A DNA stretch of 64,000 bases, taken from assembly GCA_013265495.1 (NCBI GenBank), contig MU058451.1:2289305-2353304 (forward strand), in the 5' to 3' direction. Made by a program: the position numbers and the translations under genes. How positions within the stretch are numbered: position 1 is the first letter of the stretch; each line of letters begins with the position of its first letter. Positions 47,691-60,446 of the stretch are shown here, one piece after another. This DNA is from Vicugna vicugna. Its lineage: Eukaryota. The notes beneath the pieces are model-generated. The model saw only the letters and a program-made list of their open reading frames with translations. It was not told where the DNA came from and searched no databases.

Positions 47691-50600
47691 AGTTCCTCTC
47701 CATGTTCCAGGCATCTCTAAAGTCTTCCCCTTGGGATGATAACATGACCTCGAAGAACTGAATAAAACTGGGAATTGGAAGCACCGAGATGAGTAAATAA
47801 GACAAAGATTCTCTTCTCTGGGGCTGGAGAAGGGTAAAATGAGAGGAGAAAGATTTCAGAGGCCCTCGCACAGTTCTACCTGCCCTGCTCATCCCTTTCT
47901 CTGAATTTCTGTTCTCCGTCTCCTCTACTCTTAGCACGAGAACTTTCTATTTCTATTAAGTGCAGGTGAAAGTTCAGTCAACTGGAACCCGGGGCCCCAC
48001 CTGACCTCCCTTTGCAAAGAGCCCAGAGCCTTTGTCCAGAGTTGCATCACTTCCCACCCAGCCCTTCCTGAGCCAACTCCCCGATGTCTCCGGGAGAACA
48101 CAGTCGGCATCATCCCAATGACATCAGGGAAACTCCTATCTCCAGCAGTTTCTCCTTCAGCTGCAAAAATGTGCAGCGGTAGACAGGGTGTGGGCTTTTG
48201 AAGTCTCCGCAGGAAGCAGCGTTGTTTTCTCAGCACCACCTCTGAGCGCATCTTCTGGGAGAGCTGTAGTTGCTCAGCTGGTGTGGACCCCGCCCATCCC
48301 CTCACCCTGTCCGCCACCACACCCACGTGGGCCAGGGAGGGCAGACCCCACACCACGTGGAGGGTGTTCAGGAAGACAGGGGACCGGCCCAGAGGAGCAA
48401 AACATAATAGAGGCTGGCGAGGGGGGTACCTGATACCCCTTCTGGTTTTCCTGAATATTCTTTGTTTCTTCCATACCCTACTCAGAAAAGCAATCAATAT
48501 CACTGCACTTAAACTTACATCAGCTCAAGAGAGTCTCAATGCCTGCCCTACTCCAGCAGTCTGTTCTTGAATCGAGAATGGCCGTTCCATATGGTTACCA
48601 CAGCCCGCCGCTGCTGCCGGCCAGAAACGTTTATTGTCACAGCTTCCTCAATGTGCCTCCTAATCCCGGAAGACAAGGGAAGAAGTCCCAGATTAGTAAC
48701 ATTCAGATGCCTGCTATTCCTGGCACACACCTCAGAGGGCCTACTGTGTGCTTGGGACACTTTCCAATGGGTTCTGTTTGCTCCTTCCAGCAGGCCTGTG
48801 GGCAGACACTGCTATTTCCACTGTGTAGCTGGAGAACTTGAGGATCTCTAGAAATTAAGACATTGGCCCAAGATCCCACAGTTGGCTCGGGTCAGATCTC
48901 AATGTCCCGGGGCCAGGTGCTATGGTCCCTTGTGTGCCCACCTCTTTCTGCTTTCCAGGCTCTCCAGTCGGAGCTCAGGGGACACTTGGTCAATGAATCC
49001 TCTTCCTTGGGACTAGAAAACCCGTAATGTATTTCCTTTTCCTTTTAGGAACAAGGAGTTGGCTAATTATGGCTATTACAGTATTAAAACCACAATACCC
49101 TGGCTTCTGTTTTAGATCTAGAGAAATAGACTCTAGCTCTGTGATACAGCTAATACAAACCTGGCCAAACAGAGTGAGTCAGATCATGCCCTCATCGGCT
49201 CAAAGATCCTCAGTATCTTCTCATCTCAGGGACTCGTCAAGGTCCTTACAAGGTTTTCAAGAGCCTACGCTATCTGCTTCCAGCTCTCATGTGCCTCATC
49301 CTGCTCCCCCAGTCCCTACAGAGGACACCTTTCCAGCCATGGTCTCTGCGAGCGCCACCTCCCGGGGGTGTGCAGGGCGCAAGTTCCTGCAACTTTCTCC
49401 CTTGCTTATTCCACTTCAGCCATCAGCCTCTTTGGTGTCCACTAACACACCCAGCCACACTTCTGCCCCTGGGCCTTTGCACCTTCTGTTCTAGTGTTAA
49501 TGTGTGGTGGAGGCAAAATTCAAACCTAGGCATCGGGTCTAGGGTCCACACCCTTCACCATGAAACTCTACTACCTTTTCCCATGTAAAGGTCTTCACAT
49601 TGGACCCCATCTTTCCCTTTTTCAGGAGAGATGCCCAGTAACGTCAAATGATATCACCTTGTTTTCTAAGCCCTAGATCATCTGTGGGTTCTCACGTGGG
49701 GTTCAAAACCCTGTGCGTTAGGGAGACCTACTCCTGCTGCTTCTCCACTAATCAGAATAAGTTCTCGAACACAGGATGCCTCCCTAGCACCTCCCAATGG
49801 GTTCAGGACTGTGTTCTATTTTCTTATCTTAAGCCTGGGAGCTTGACCTCTCCCATTACTTGAAGCCTTTTTCAAAGGCTGCAGATTTTACATTTAATCT
49901 GGAGAAGACCCTGCTGGGACAGGCGGGTCTAACTTGCCATTGGCTGGATCTGTCTGCACTTGGGTGATTACCCCATCCAGACGCGCAAGGGCAGGTCACA
50001 CTGGCCTCCACTGGGGATGGCGTTTCCCTCAACTGGGCCCTTTGTGTTTATCATCTCATTTCCTCTTTGCTCTGCTTTATAAAGTGGCTCTGAATACGCC
50101 CCCTTCACAAATCTAATGTGACTAAGATTTGTAGTTAAGCCTGACTCCAAAGCCCATGCCTTTTCCAGTAAGCTGCCCTGCCTTTCCAAAGTAGGTAATT
50201 TCTCCATCTTGCCCAATCCCCAGTTTCTGGATCTGTGACACATTAAATGCATAAAAATGCAAAGAGGCACAGCAATGCTTCCATGTCTGAATGGTATCCA
50301 GCTTCCGTTAGCCTTAGAAGACACCCCAGTGGGAGGCGGGATCTGAAACCCCGTCCAGGCCAGTGTCCATCAAGGCATGCCACTGTTCAGGACTCCAGAG
50401 CATTTTAACTGATAGTTAACATTTTAAATTTTCATTTGCTTTAGAGAAAGTAAAACCAGTACACCAAATCTATTATTTAAGATATTAATTAGGATGAAGC
50501 TATGTTTTTAAAAGTCCTTAAGAATAGTAAAGAACTAATGGTGCAGCCGGTTCACAGATGTGGCAAAAATCAAGACGATAAGTGACAAATATGAGAAACG

Positions 50601-53600
50601 TGTGTACTTCAGTGTGTAATGAGCAAATGGTTTTCCTTTTGTATCCAGCTGGTACCCTGACTTTTTAGCGAGTTAATGATAATGATTGTAAAGCAGGATG
50701 AGATTAGCTGGAATTGTCTATTGCTGGCTTTTTCAGAACTGTTATCTAAAAATGGGACTGTTTCCCTATCCTCCAGCACCTGGAAACCAAAATAGAAAAC
50801 ATAAAATGAAGAACGTCTTTCCCCTTCATGTGGACGTCTCATGAGGTTTACTGAAAAACTACTTTTAACGCCATGAGTTTATGGGAAACAATAACCCATC
50901 CCAGGAATAAACAGTCAGTGGGATGACGATTTTCTAGGAAGTGCAATGTCTGGCTGCGGTAGCAGCAGCGATGAGCTGAGAGAGGGTTTTTGGCAGCGCT
51001 GGAGGGCCGTGGAGAGCCGTGAACTCTGATTAAGAAAGCACTCATCTGTTTATCTCCGTGGGAGTGGGGGAGTGCCTTCCGTGAGGCATGAGGGTGTCCA
51101 TCTTATCTGGGGATTTCCTTTGGCATTACAGAAAATGACTCAGGGTGCCTCCATTCCCCGGAAGGAGAGGTGAGAGGCCGGCCAACATCTCTGTGGGGTC
51201 TGGATGCTCACTGACATTGGCTCAGGGACTCTGGCCAAACGATTCATCGGCTGCCTGCCTGGTTTGGAGGACAGCTCCATGCTGGGTTTCTAAGACAGAG
51301 CCCCTCAGCCCAGGAGAAACACACTCCTGTTTTGTCCCTTCCTAAATAAAAGCCATGGTAAGAAAGCACAGTGGCTCATGGAGTCTTTACAAATGAGAGT
51401 ATTCCATGTGCAGAAATGTTCAACGTTGTACTATTGGCAACAGCAAAAACTTAGAGGCAACTATGCCTACGAGTGGGAGACTGATTTAGTATGTTGTGGT
51501 ATGTCTGGTATGTCATATGATGAAAGACAATGAAAGACGTATTTCGAAAACTGACAGCAGATCTATGTGAATGGACAGTGAAGGATGTCCAATACGTTTA
51601 AATGGAAAAGATAAGCCACAGAAGCACATGCAGAGTGTGGTCCAGGCTGTGTGTGTAATACACACCTATGGACTCAGTGCATAGAGAAAACGTGCCTGTG
51701 GAAGGGGCCGGCAGGGCTGCCTGATGAACCTGAGGAGAGGGTGAGAGAGGGGCCCCATGTTGCTACTTCTCCTTTCATGATCTGAGAGGAAAGGAGACAT
51801 CTGAATTAATAGGACACATAGGTAACTGATCTTGTTCCCAGGACCCTTTGGGGGAAACCTGAACTTTTGCGCTTTTCTGGAACTGGGAAGAACTGTTAGT
51901 GGCCCTCACCCATTGTCTGAGGAGGTGATCAGACCCCCCCACCCCGGGTCCTGAGGACCGGCCAGCCCAGGGGGACACTGAGGAGGGTGGGGCCTATTCT
52001 GCCTCTTGGACAGGACTGCTTCTTCCTCCATCTTCCACAGGGTTCCTGCTCCCCAACCTGCACCTGAAGGCCCAGGGCCCACCCCTCTCCCCTGGGCATT
52101 TCCCTAAACTCAAGGACTTCCCCTCCCTTGATCCTTTTGTCCAGGCATCTCTGCCAGGCAGCATATTTGCATGTTAACTGGGATTTTCTGGGAAAAACTC
52201 ATTACCCAGAACAAATCCACCCATTCTTTCAACATGCAGGTGGTGAACACCTACTCCAGGCCAGGTGCTGGGAATAAATAGTGAGCCCTGCCTGTTGGAG
52301 GGCATCCTGCAGGGTCGGAGTCTGGCACAGGCGGGGCTGGGAGGGAATGGATTTCAGACAAGAGGGCAGCAAGAGCAAAAGGTGTTTTGGGAGAAGTGAG
52401 CTTCGTCGATGTGATCGAAGCAGACCACGTAGGCACTGCCCAGCATTGGTGGGAACGTATGTTTGGGGCATAATCAACTTAGGGATGGGAGAGCTGGGTT
52501 CAAATCTGGTCTCCATCACTGGCCCTCTGGGCAACCTTGGGCAAATCAAGTCACTCAAGCCCACAGTTTCCTCATGAGTGAAAAAGGGATAAAAACAGTG
52601 CCTGTGTACTAACCCATGGGATTCTCGTCATGCTAACTGAGATGTGTTGGGATTTACTTTCCACATCACAACGTCCTGGATGAATGTCGTTGAGATGTCT
52701 ACTTGCTCTTCCAGGAGGCACAGTGTGGCCTTCTGGCCGGTGCCCCCTGGCCTCGGGCTGCTGGGATTGTGACACAGCAGATTGACTCGGTGACCAGGTG
52801 CCCGTAGTGGTCAGATGCACAGACTCTGAGACAGGTGTCTGGGTCCAGCTCTGTGACCTTGGGCAGTTCACCTAACTTCTCAGGACCCCAATTTTCTCAT
52901 TTTAAAATGGAGAAAATAAGAGCAACAAGAAAAATAAATAAAATAGAGACAATAATACAATAACTCACTGCATTGGCCTGTCGAGAAGATTAAATTCATG
53001 CAAATGCAACATCGGTGGCAAGTTCCCTGACCTCAATCTTGGTGAGGATTTTTTTGGTTTGACACTGAAAGCAACCGCAACAAAAGCTAAACTAAGCAAG
53101 AGGGACTATATCAAACTAAAACATTTCTGCATAGCAAAGGAAACCATCAACAAAATGAAAAGGCAACCTATTGAATGGAAGAAAATATTTGCAAATCATA
53201 TATTTGATAAGAAGCTAATATCCAAAATATATGATGAAAACATGCAACTTAGTAGTAACAAAAAAAAAGTCCAATTTAAAAAATGGGCAGAGGCTTTGAA
53301 TAGACAGTTTTCCAAAACAGACATACAGATGGTCAACAGATTCATAAAAAGGTGTTCAACATCACTATCATCAGAGAAATGCAAGTCAAAATCACAATGC
53401 TATCACTTCACACCTGTTAGAATGTCTGAAATCAAAAAGATAAAGAGATAAATGATGGTGAGCATTTGGAGAAAAGGGAACCCTTCTGCACTGTTGGTGG
53501 GAATGTAAATTGGAATGTAAATGCCACCTTGGAAACAGTAAGGAATTTCCTTAAAAAATTAAAAATAGAACTACCGTGTGATCTAGCAGTCCGTCTTCTG

Positions 53601-53793
53601 GGTATTTATCCAAAAAAGCCCCCAAACACTAACTTGAAAATATATCTGCAGCACCATGTTTATTGCAGCATTATTTATAGCAGTCAAGACATGGAAACAA
53701 CCTAAGTGTCCATTGGTGAATGAATGCATAAAGAAAATATTATATATATAAAACGTGTTTTATAAAAACACGTTTTATATATATACAATGTTT

Positions 53794-53794
<1 letters not shown>

Positions 53795-53826
<32 letters not shown>
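53795..53826. repeat. (TG)n microsatellite, ~16 units
   Basis: Read directly. Confidence 0.95.
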
Positions 53827-53829
<3 letters not shown>

Positions 53830-54200
53830 ATGAAATGTTATTCGGCCATAAAAAAGAAGGAAACCCTGCCATTTGTGACAGAATGGATGGACCTTGAGGG
53901 CATCGTGCTAAGTGCAGTAAGTCAGATGGAGCATGACAAAATCCATATAATCCCACTTATATGTTATATCTGAAAAAACTAATAACCCGAAACAAAATCA
54001 CTCTTGAATTCACAGATAATAGAAACAGATTAGTGGTTACCAGAGGCAGGGGCTAGGGAGCATTGGTGATACGGTGAAGGGGATCAAAAGGTACAAACTT
54101 TCAGTTATAAAATGAGTCCTGAAGATGGAATGTCCAGCATGGTGGCTATAGTTAACAATACTGTACTGTATATTTGAAAGTTGCTAAAAGAGTAAATCTT

Positions 54201-54320
54201 TTTGTTTGTTGGGGGGAGGTAATTAGGTTTATTTATTTATTTAAATGGAGGTGCTGGGGATTGATCCCAGGACCTCAAGCGTGCTAAGCATGCACTCTAC
54301 CACTGAGCTAGACCCTCCCC
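54201..54320 (-). mobile_element. tRNA-Ala-derived SINE (Vic-1-like) inserted in L1
   Basis: ggggggaggtaattaggtttattta..ggaggtgctggggattgatcccaggacctc..gagctagaccctcccc. TSD CTAAAAGAGTAAATCTT (54184-54200) / CTAAGAGGGTAAATCTT (54323-54339). Confidence 0.92.
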
Positions 54321-55949
54321 TACTAAGAGGGTAAATCTTAAAAGTTCTCATTACAAGGAAAAGAAATGATAACTATGTATCATGGTGCTGTTTACTTGAC
54401 TTATTGGGGCGATCATTTCACAATATAGACATACATTGAATCATTATGTTGTACACCTGAAACCAATATAAAGTTATATGTCAATTACATCTCAATTTTT
54501 AAAAATCCATGTTAAAGTAGTGAATGGTGAGCAGTGCCTGACTCGGGTTGGTCCAGTGTGAGCTATTGGCAGGGACCCCTGAGGAAGGGTCATACGCTCG
54601 GTGATGACTAAAGCTGGGTGGTGGGTGCATCAAGCACGCGGGTTGCCAGAGAGAATTCTGCTTCATTTCCTAGCAGAAGGGAGCCGAGAAGAATCAATGC
54701 ATGACTAGTGGTCCCTATCAGGCTGATTCTCTGACCATAGCATTAGTCACAGCTAAAGATGCATCAAATCCTAGGATGTGAGGCTTTCATATTTTTTTCT
54801 GAAACAAGAATGGGCTTCTAAATAATAAAACTAACAGTGAGCCATTTAAAAAGAGCAAAGCTAGGGATTTCCACAACCAGTTCTGAGGATAAATAAAAAT
54901 CAGTGGAAGACAACTATTCTGAAATGAATTAAATTTATGAAGCTGTTGAATTTTGAGAAGAAAAGTGTTTTCCTGCTGATCTGGGGGGTGCTCCAGGAAT
55001 ACTGGGGACTTCAGGCATCATTCAGACAGCACTGACCTCACTCCCGGTCATGCTCACATCCAGAGGGGAGATACAGAGGGGGTAAGACATTGCATCATCC
55101 TTCTTCCAGCATCAAGGATGAGGTGTGTGCTGACTGCTGGTGAGCAGCACAGCAATAAAGGCTTTGGGATCTCACAGGAAACCTTGGGTTTTGAGGCCTG
55201 AGATGAGTAAGGAAAGATTCAAGGAGGAGATGCACTCTGAGTCAGACTGGATGATGGGAAACTCTTTGGTACCAAAAAAAAAAAAAAGCCATTTAAAGCC
55301 TCTTCAAATTTAGTATGAGATGGACCAGAAAGGAAAGAAAAGTAGAATTTTAGAAATCAGTGTGGCAGAGAATCAGTGAGCAAGGGTTTCTCAGATAAAG
55401 TGAAACCAGATTCTGTCCACTGGCATCAGCTCCCAGGGAGCTGGAGACCTCAGGCCTCATGTGACCATGTTTTTAGTGAAAGGCACACATTCAAACAAAG
55501 GGATACAGGTTTAAATGTACCGTTTGGACAAGATCTCAGTTAAATTTCCCAAAATAATTTATCAGATATCCAACCATGATATGTCCAATAAACTTGGGGA
55601 CAGTTCATAACATTGAACAAAACTCCTTTGTGGGTATTTGTGTGAGCAACAGGAGAGCTATGTATAGACTTGTGGCAAAGCCTCGTGGGCTTTAAGCTTT
55701 GCTGTTGTTTTTTGTTTTTCCTAGTCAGCAACTAAGTGACCATGTGCATCTCTAGCCTCTGCAAAGAAACACTCTACGTAGGAGTGAAATGTAGAGAAAT
55801 TTGCAGTTTCCAGGGTGGCCACGATTCTGGCGGGTAGAACCCAGCTCCAACAGAATGATGCCACCAGGAGCTCCCTGTCCAAGGCGGACTTGGAGTTGAA
55901 ACCAATCAATAACTGTTCTGTCCACTATCACTGATAATCGTTTACCGTG

Positions 55950-56383
55950 AAGCCTGTGGATTGAAAGTCCCCCACTTCCAAAAACTAAAAATAAAAAAGA
56001 TACAGAACCTGTGAATGTGATGTTACTTGGAAAAAGAGTCTTTACAGATGTAATCAAGGATCTTGAGATGGATTCATCCTTGGTTAGGGTAGATCCTAAA
56101 TCTAAGGACAAGTGTCTTTGTAAGAGAGGAGAGGGTCATGTGAAGATGAAGGCAGAGGTTGGAGTGATGCGTCTCTGAGCCAAGGAACATCAAGGATCAG
56201 CAGCCGCCGCCAGAAGCCACACGATGCCAAGTACTCTCCCCTGCAGTCGTCTGTGGAGCGCAGCACGACAATACCTGGATTTTGGACTTGTGGCCTCCGG
56301 AACTGTGAGAGAAGGCATTTCTGTTGTTTTCAGCCACTCAGCTGGTGGTAGTTTATTACCAGCAGCCTCAGGAAACTCATACA
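55950..56383 (+). mobile_element. ERVL-MaLR solo LTR (MLT1C/D-like)
   Basis: aacctgtgaatgtgatgttacttggaaaaagagtctttacagatgtaat; ggcctccggaactgtgagaga; ggaaactcataca end. Confidence 0.85.
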
Positions 56384-57777
56384 AGACCCGTGAATTTTCT
56401 TTATATGGCATCTAACAGAAGGCGTTGATTCAAAAGGGGTTCTTTTGTTTTTAAAGAAAGCCCCCACCCCCACTCCCACCACTAACACTGACCAGGGAGC
56501 AGCATCCAGAACAGTGGAGGGGACAGAGTAGGCAGAAGCTGGCCCCAGAACTGAATCCCCAGCTGCGACCCTGGAGGAGCCAAGCCACCTCTGTCCCTTA
56601 TCTGTCAAATGAGGATGGTATGGAGAGGAGTAAACTAGAAAAATCGTGGGAACGTGTCCGTATAAAGGGCTGGCTTCCCCTTCTCGCTTCCGGGTTCCCC
56701 ACTAGGAAGAACATTCTTGTTGACCCAGTGGCTGTCCCCCTACAGAGTTGGTGGAGAGACGCAGAGTGTGAGCCCTGCAGGCAGGCTGCCTGGGCTCCTG
56801 TCCTACAGCTCTGTGACCACTGGGGCAAGTTCCTTCCCCAAGCTTCTGCTCCTTATCCATACAGCAAAAATAATAATAAAAACACCTAGTCAACAGCATT
56901 GATCATAGGTTGGACGTAAAGACTGAGGAACTTAATACATGGGAGGTAGTTGATCAGCGTAATGCTCGGCCCATAGCCAGCTCTCAGAATTTGCCTGTCC
57001 TCAGCAGTACCACTCAGCTCTGATAATGAATCTCCAAGGGTGTGGCCCCATTGCGATGAAGCCATCTTCTTCAACCTCAGGCCTCCTGGGTCTCCTTGAT
57101 TTCCTTTCATTTCACCCACATAACTTGCCTGTTCTGAATGCAGATGCCAGCACCTTGATGAGGTAAACATGATCATCCAGTTAACAATGATCGGCTTTAG
57201 AGCTGGGGAGGAGGGGGAGCGGGAGGCATAGGAAGACACACTCAGCACAAGGTTTGTATTTTTTATTTTTTTGTTTTTACAGCTTAGGTGCATTTGTGGA
57301 CACTCAGCCCAGGGTTTTGAGAAACATGATCGACAAATCACGAGGTCCTACATCTTCACTGCTTTCACTAATGAAGAGGAAATTTTTCAGGGTTAATACT
57401 TTTGTTGTGAAGAATCACTTATTTAAAGTTTGGCAACACCTTTGATTACTTTTCTTTTTCTGTTAAATTCAAGAAAAATTGAATTTTCAACTTAAAACAC
57501 CCATGTATTGAATAATCTCATTTTTATAAAGTTTATCAATCTGACCCTGCCTTTTATAAGTGTATATGCATACAGCAATGTCAGGGACGATGGTCATCAA
57601 ATGTTGACAGTGATATGTTATGATGCAATTTTCCTTCGCACATTTCTGTGTTCCTTGAGCATGTGTATGTGTGTGTGTATAAATGTGTGTGTGTATGTAC
57701 ATATATGTATGTATATAAACATGTATTACATTCACAAAAACAACACGGTTATTTCTAAAAACTTATCTGTTGGTAGC

Positions 57778-58102
57778 TAGAATTGGTAAATTCATAGAGA
57801 CAGAAAGTAGACTAGAGTTTACCAGGAGTTCAGGGGAGTGCGGAATGGAGAGTTCCTCTTTCATGGGTACAGAGTTCCTGTTTGGGATGATGAAAAAGTT
57901 CTGGAAATGGATAATGGTGAAGGTTGCACAACATTTGGAATGTGTTTAGCGCCACTGAATTGTACCCTGGAAAATGGTTAAAATGGTCAATTTTATTATA
58001 CAAACACACACACATATACACATATATACATACATATATTTGTGTATATATGTGTACATATGTATATGTGTATATTTCATTTAACCACAGTGAAAATTAA
58101 AA
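57778..58102 (+). mobile_element. L1 3' end fragment with a (CA/TA)n expansion
   Basis: aaattcatagagacagaaagtagactagag..gggatgatgaaaaagttctggaaatgga..gccactgaattgtac. Confidence 0.8.
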
Positions 58103-60281
58103 AGCTTACCTCTGTGTTTCCCATCCCTCAGCCACTGTGACAGTAAACGTCTAGGTGGCCAGTGTGGTGGCTGACTTCTCCAGGTCAGTATTTGCACAAG
58201 CGAGACCGTAGTGATTTAACTTCAAGAAGAGACTAAAGGGGGGATTTCAGGATCTTAGGCAGGGCTCGAGGAAGAAAAACCTGCTAAATAACGTCGAGTG
58301 GAAGAGAGGGGTGGGGCTGAAGAGGATCTTTCCTTGAAAGCCCAGCAGGTAGGTGGGGGCTTTCTTTACCTTTTCCTTTTCCTTTGCAGAACTAGCCAAG
58401 AAGTTCTGAGCTTTGAGCTGCTGTTGGAGCCCTGTGCTCTGTAACCTCTCATTCAGCTAAGTGTCCCATGTCTGGCTCAGTGATCCAATAACCAAGTCCA
58501 AATTTACGTCTGTATGTCTGGCTGGGGCCTGTCATCTTCCATGGAGGTGCAGTCCTGTAGTACGTGCTCTCTCTCTCTGAGGAAGACAGATGGATCAGCA
58601 AATCGTGGGCAGGCGACAGGATCTCAGGCCCCACCTCCGGCCTGTCAATTCCAAGCCCCTCAGAACCTCTGTTGTACTTGCTGTCATGGCAACTGCTGGG
58701 GAAAACACCTGGCGGAGAGGGAGCCGCCAAAGCCCACTGCAGCAACAGCCAGGGACGTGGAAGAGGGTATTTCCGGGACAGTGAGCAATGAGAAACGAAG
58801 GGGCCAGATCGGAGCCCGCCAGCCTGAGCGGTCTGGAAGGGTTTGACTCAGAGTTTAACCCACAGAGGCTGAAAATATAATTTAAAAAAAAAATATGATC
58901 GCTTCTGTAAGTGCTAAATACCGAAAGACTCTTTGTAAGCTCCTTTCTCCGTCTTTATTCTGGGGCATGATGACCAATAAGACTGCTGGCCTCCGCTCCT
59001 GGCCCTTCACGGGGTTTATAATTACAGCAGCTCCGCAGAGAGCTCCCAAACACCCCGGCCCAGCCAGGCGGACACCAGCTGTTCGCACACAGACCTTGAA
59101 GAGAGCAATGCCTGCAGACAGTAAAGCGTGTTCTCGTATGAGCGTCTTGCTCTGAGCACTGCCCCGCTACACTGTTAACATAAGTCACAGGAGGCAAAGT
59201 GGCTTCCCTGTGTGTGTTTCTCCTCTCCACAACCCCCCCCCACCTTTTTTTAACATAGAGTTTTAAATTTCACGTTCTGTGATCTAACTTCCCATTTCCC
59301 ACTCACAAACAAATGACATCTGGCCACTCTCAACAATAAACTTGGAAAGATGAGACATTTCCTGTTAGTTCTCCATGTAACCCCTGCTTAAACTTTCAAA
59401 TTCCTGAAAGAATTGCCTGAAAAATAAATGGATCATTAAAAAGTGAGGAAAAGATGGGGGCTGGGGATGGGGGGACCTGCCACAAGAGCCCTTTGACAGT
59501 TAATGCTGATAAGCTCTTACCAATTTTTCAGCTCTTTTTTTCCTTTAACCATGTTATAGCACAGTGGACGATCAAAGCGGATTTGCTATCCTGCACAACC
59601 CGCTTGTGGGAAAACCTTCTTCCAAGCTGCTGGGTCCCCCATCACGGCTAACTGCCCTATTCCTGTAAGTGGTGGCAGGAAATATTCTTTTAAAGGACTT
59701 ACCGGTTTTTTAGCACCCAGCTTATCTGCCCACTCAGTTCCTTAGAAATGGCATATGGCTTCACAACCTCAACAGTTACACAATACTTTTCACTTCTTTC
59801 AAATGTCCATTTCCAAACCTGGACTTTCGGTTTCATCTTCAACTGCCAGGGGGACACAGGGACATTTCTTCATGGAGACCCTGCCTTTGTCTCATAATCA
59901 GCATGACTGAGGCTGCTTACTCCTCACCAGTTTCCCAAAGCGAGCTCCCTCTTCCACACTTCCTCTTTCTCTCCACTTTTCCAGCTTCTTCCAAGATTCA
60001 GGCTCAAGCCGTGGATTAATCCCCAAATCAGTCCATAGAGACGGCACTCCATCCTATCACGTCACACACGGCTCCCTTTCCGGTTCCTACAACCACCAAC
60101 CATCCCCGTGAGCCTTTGCCCACGTGCTTCACATGCTCAGTGATTTCCTAGTGGGTCTCCCTCTGCCACTCCCTGTCCCCACGCATCCACGAGGCCCCCC
60201 GTAGCTAGTCTTTCTAACCGATCGCTTTAATCCAGCGTTTTCCTGCTCGCAATCTCTTGGTGCATTCTCAAAGCTTCCACA

Positions 60282-60446
60282 CGGCATGGGCTTCATAGGG
60301 GCCCCAGCTTGGCAGTCGCACAGGGCTCCGGAGGGCACTGCACTTGGTTCAGTGCTCTGCTGCACTGTCTTGAAACTTACATTTTTTAACGAGGACCCCG
60401 GATTTTCATTTTGCACTGAGCCCTGCAGATTAGGTAACTGGTCCTG
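60282..60446 (+). mobile_element. MER91A-like hAT-Tip100 MITE
   Basis: gcagtcgcacagggc..ttttcattttgcactgagccctgc..ggtcctg. 8-bp TSD CTTCCACA / CTTCCATG, both derivable from CTTCCACG by CpG decay. Confidence 0.8.

Larger units (their letters stand above)
53020..54505 (+). mobile_element. L1 3' fragment (L1MA/MB-like) with decayed ORF2 C-terminus
   Basis: ORF 53059..53451 ([39 protein letters not shown]) is L1 ORF2-like and frameshifted; L1 3' UTR runs to ~54500. Confidence 0.92.

Noticed and set aside
47931..48503. 190-aa minus-strand ORF
   Set aside because: No recognisable homology; overlapped by several other random ORFs in a GC-rich patch.
53059..53973. L1 ORF2-like ORFs as a functional gene
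   Set aside because: Frameshifted, 5'-truncated L1 remnant interrupted by a microsatellite.
56655..56700. TATA box plus ETS site (GTATAAAGGG...CTTCCGGG) as a promoter
   Set aside because: Isolated motifs with no CpG island or downstream exon; a MIR-like remnant follows.
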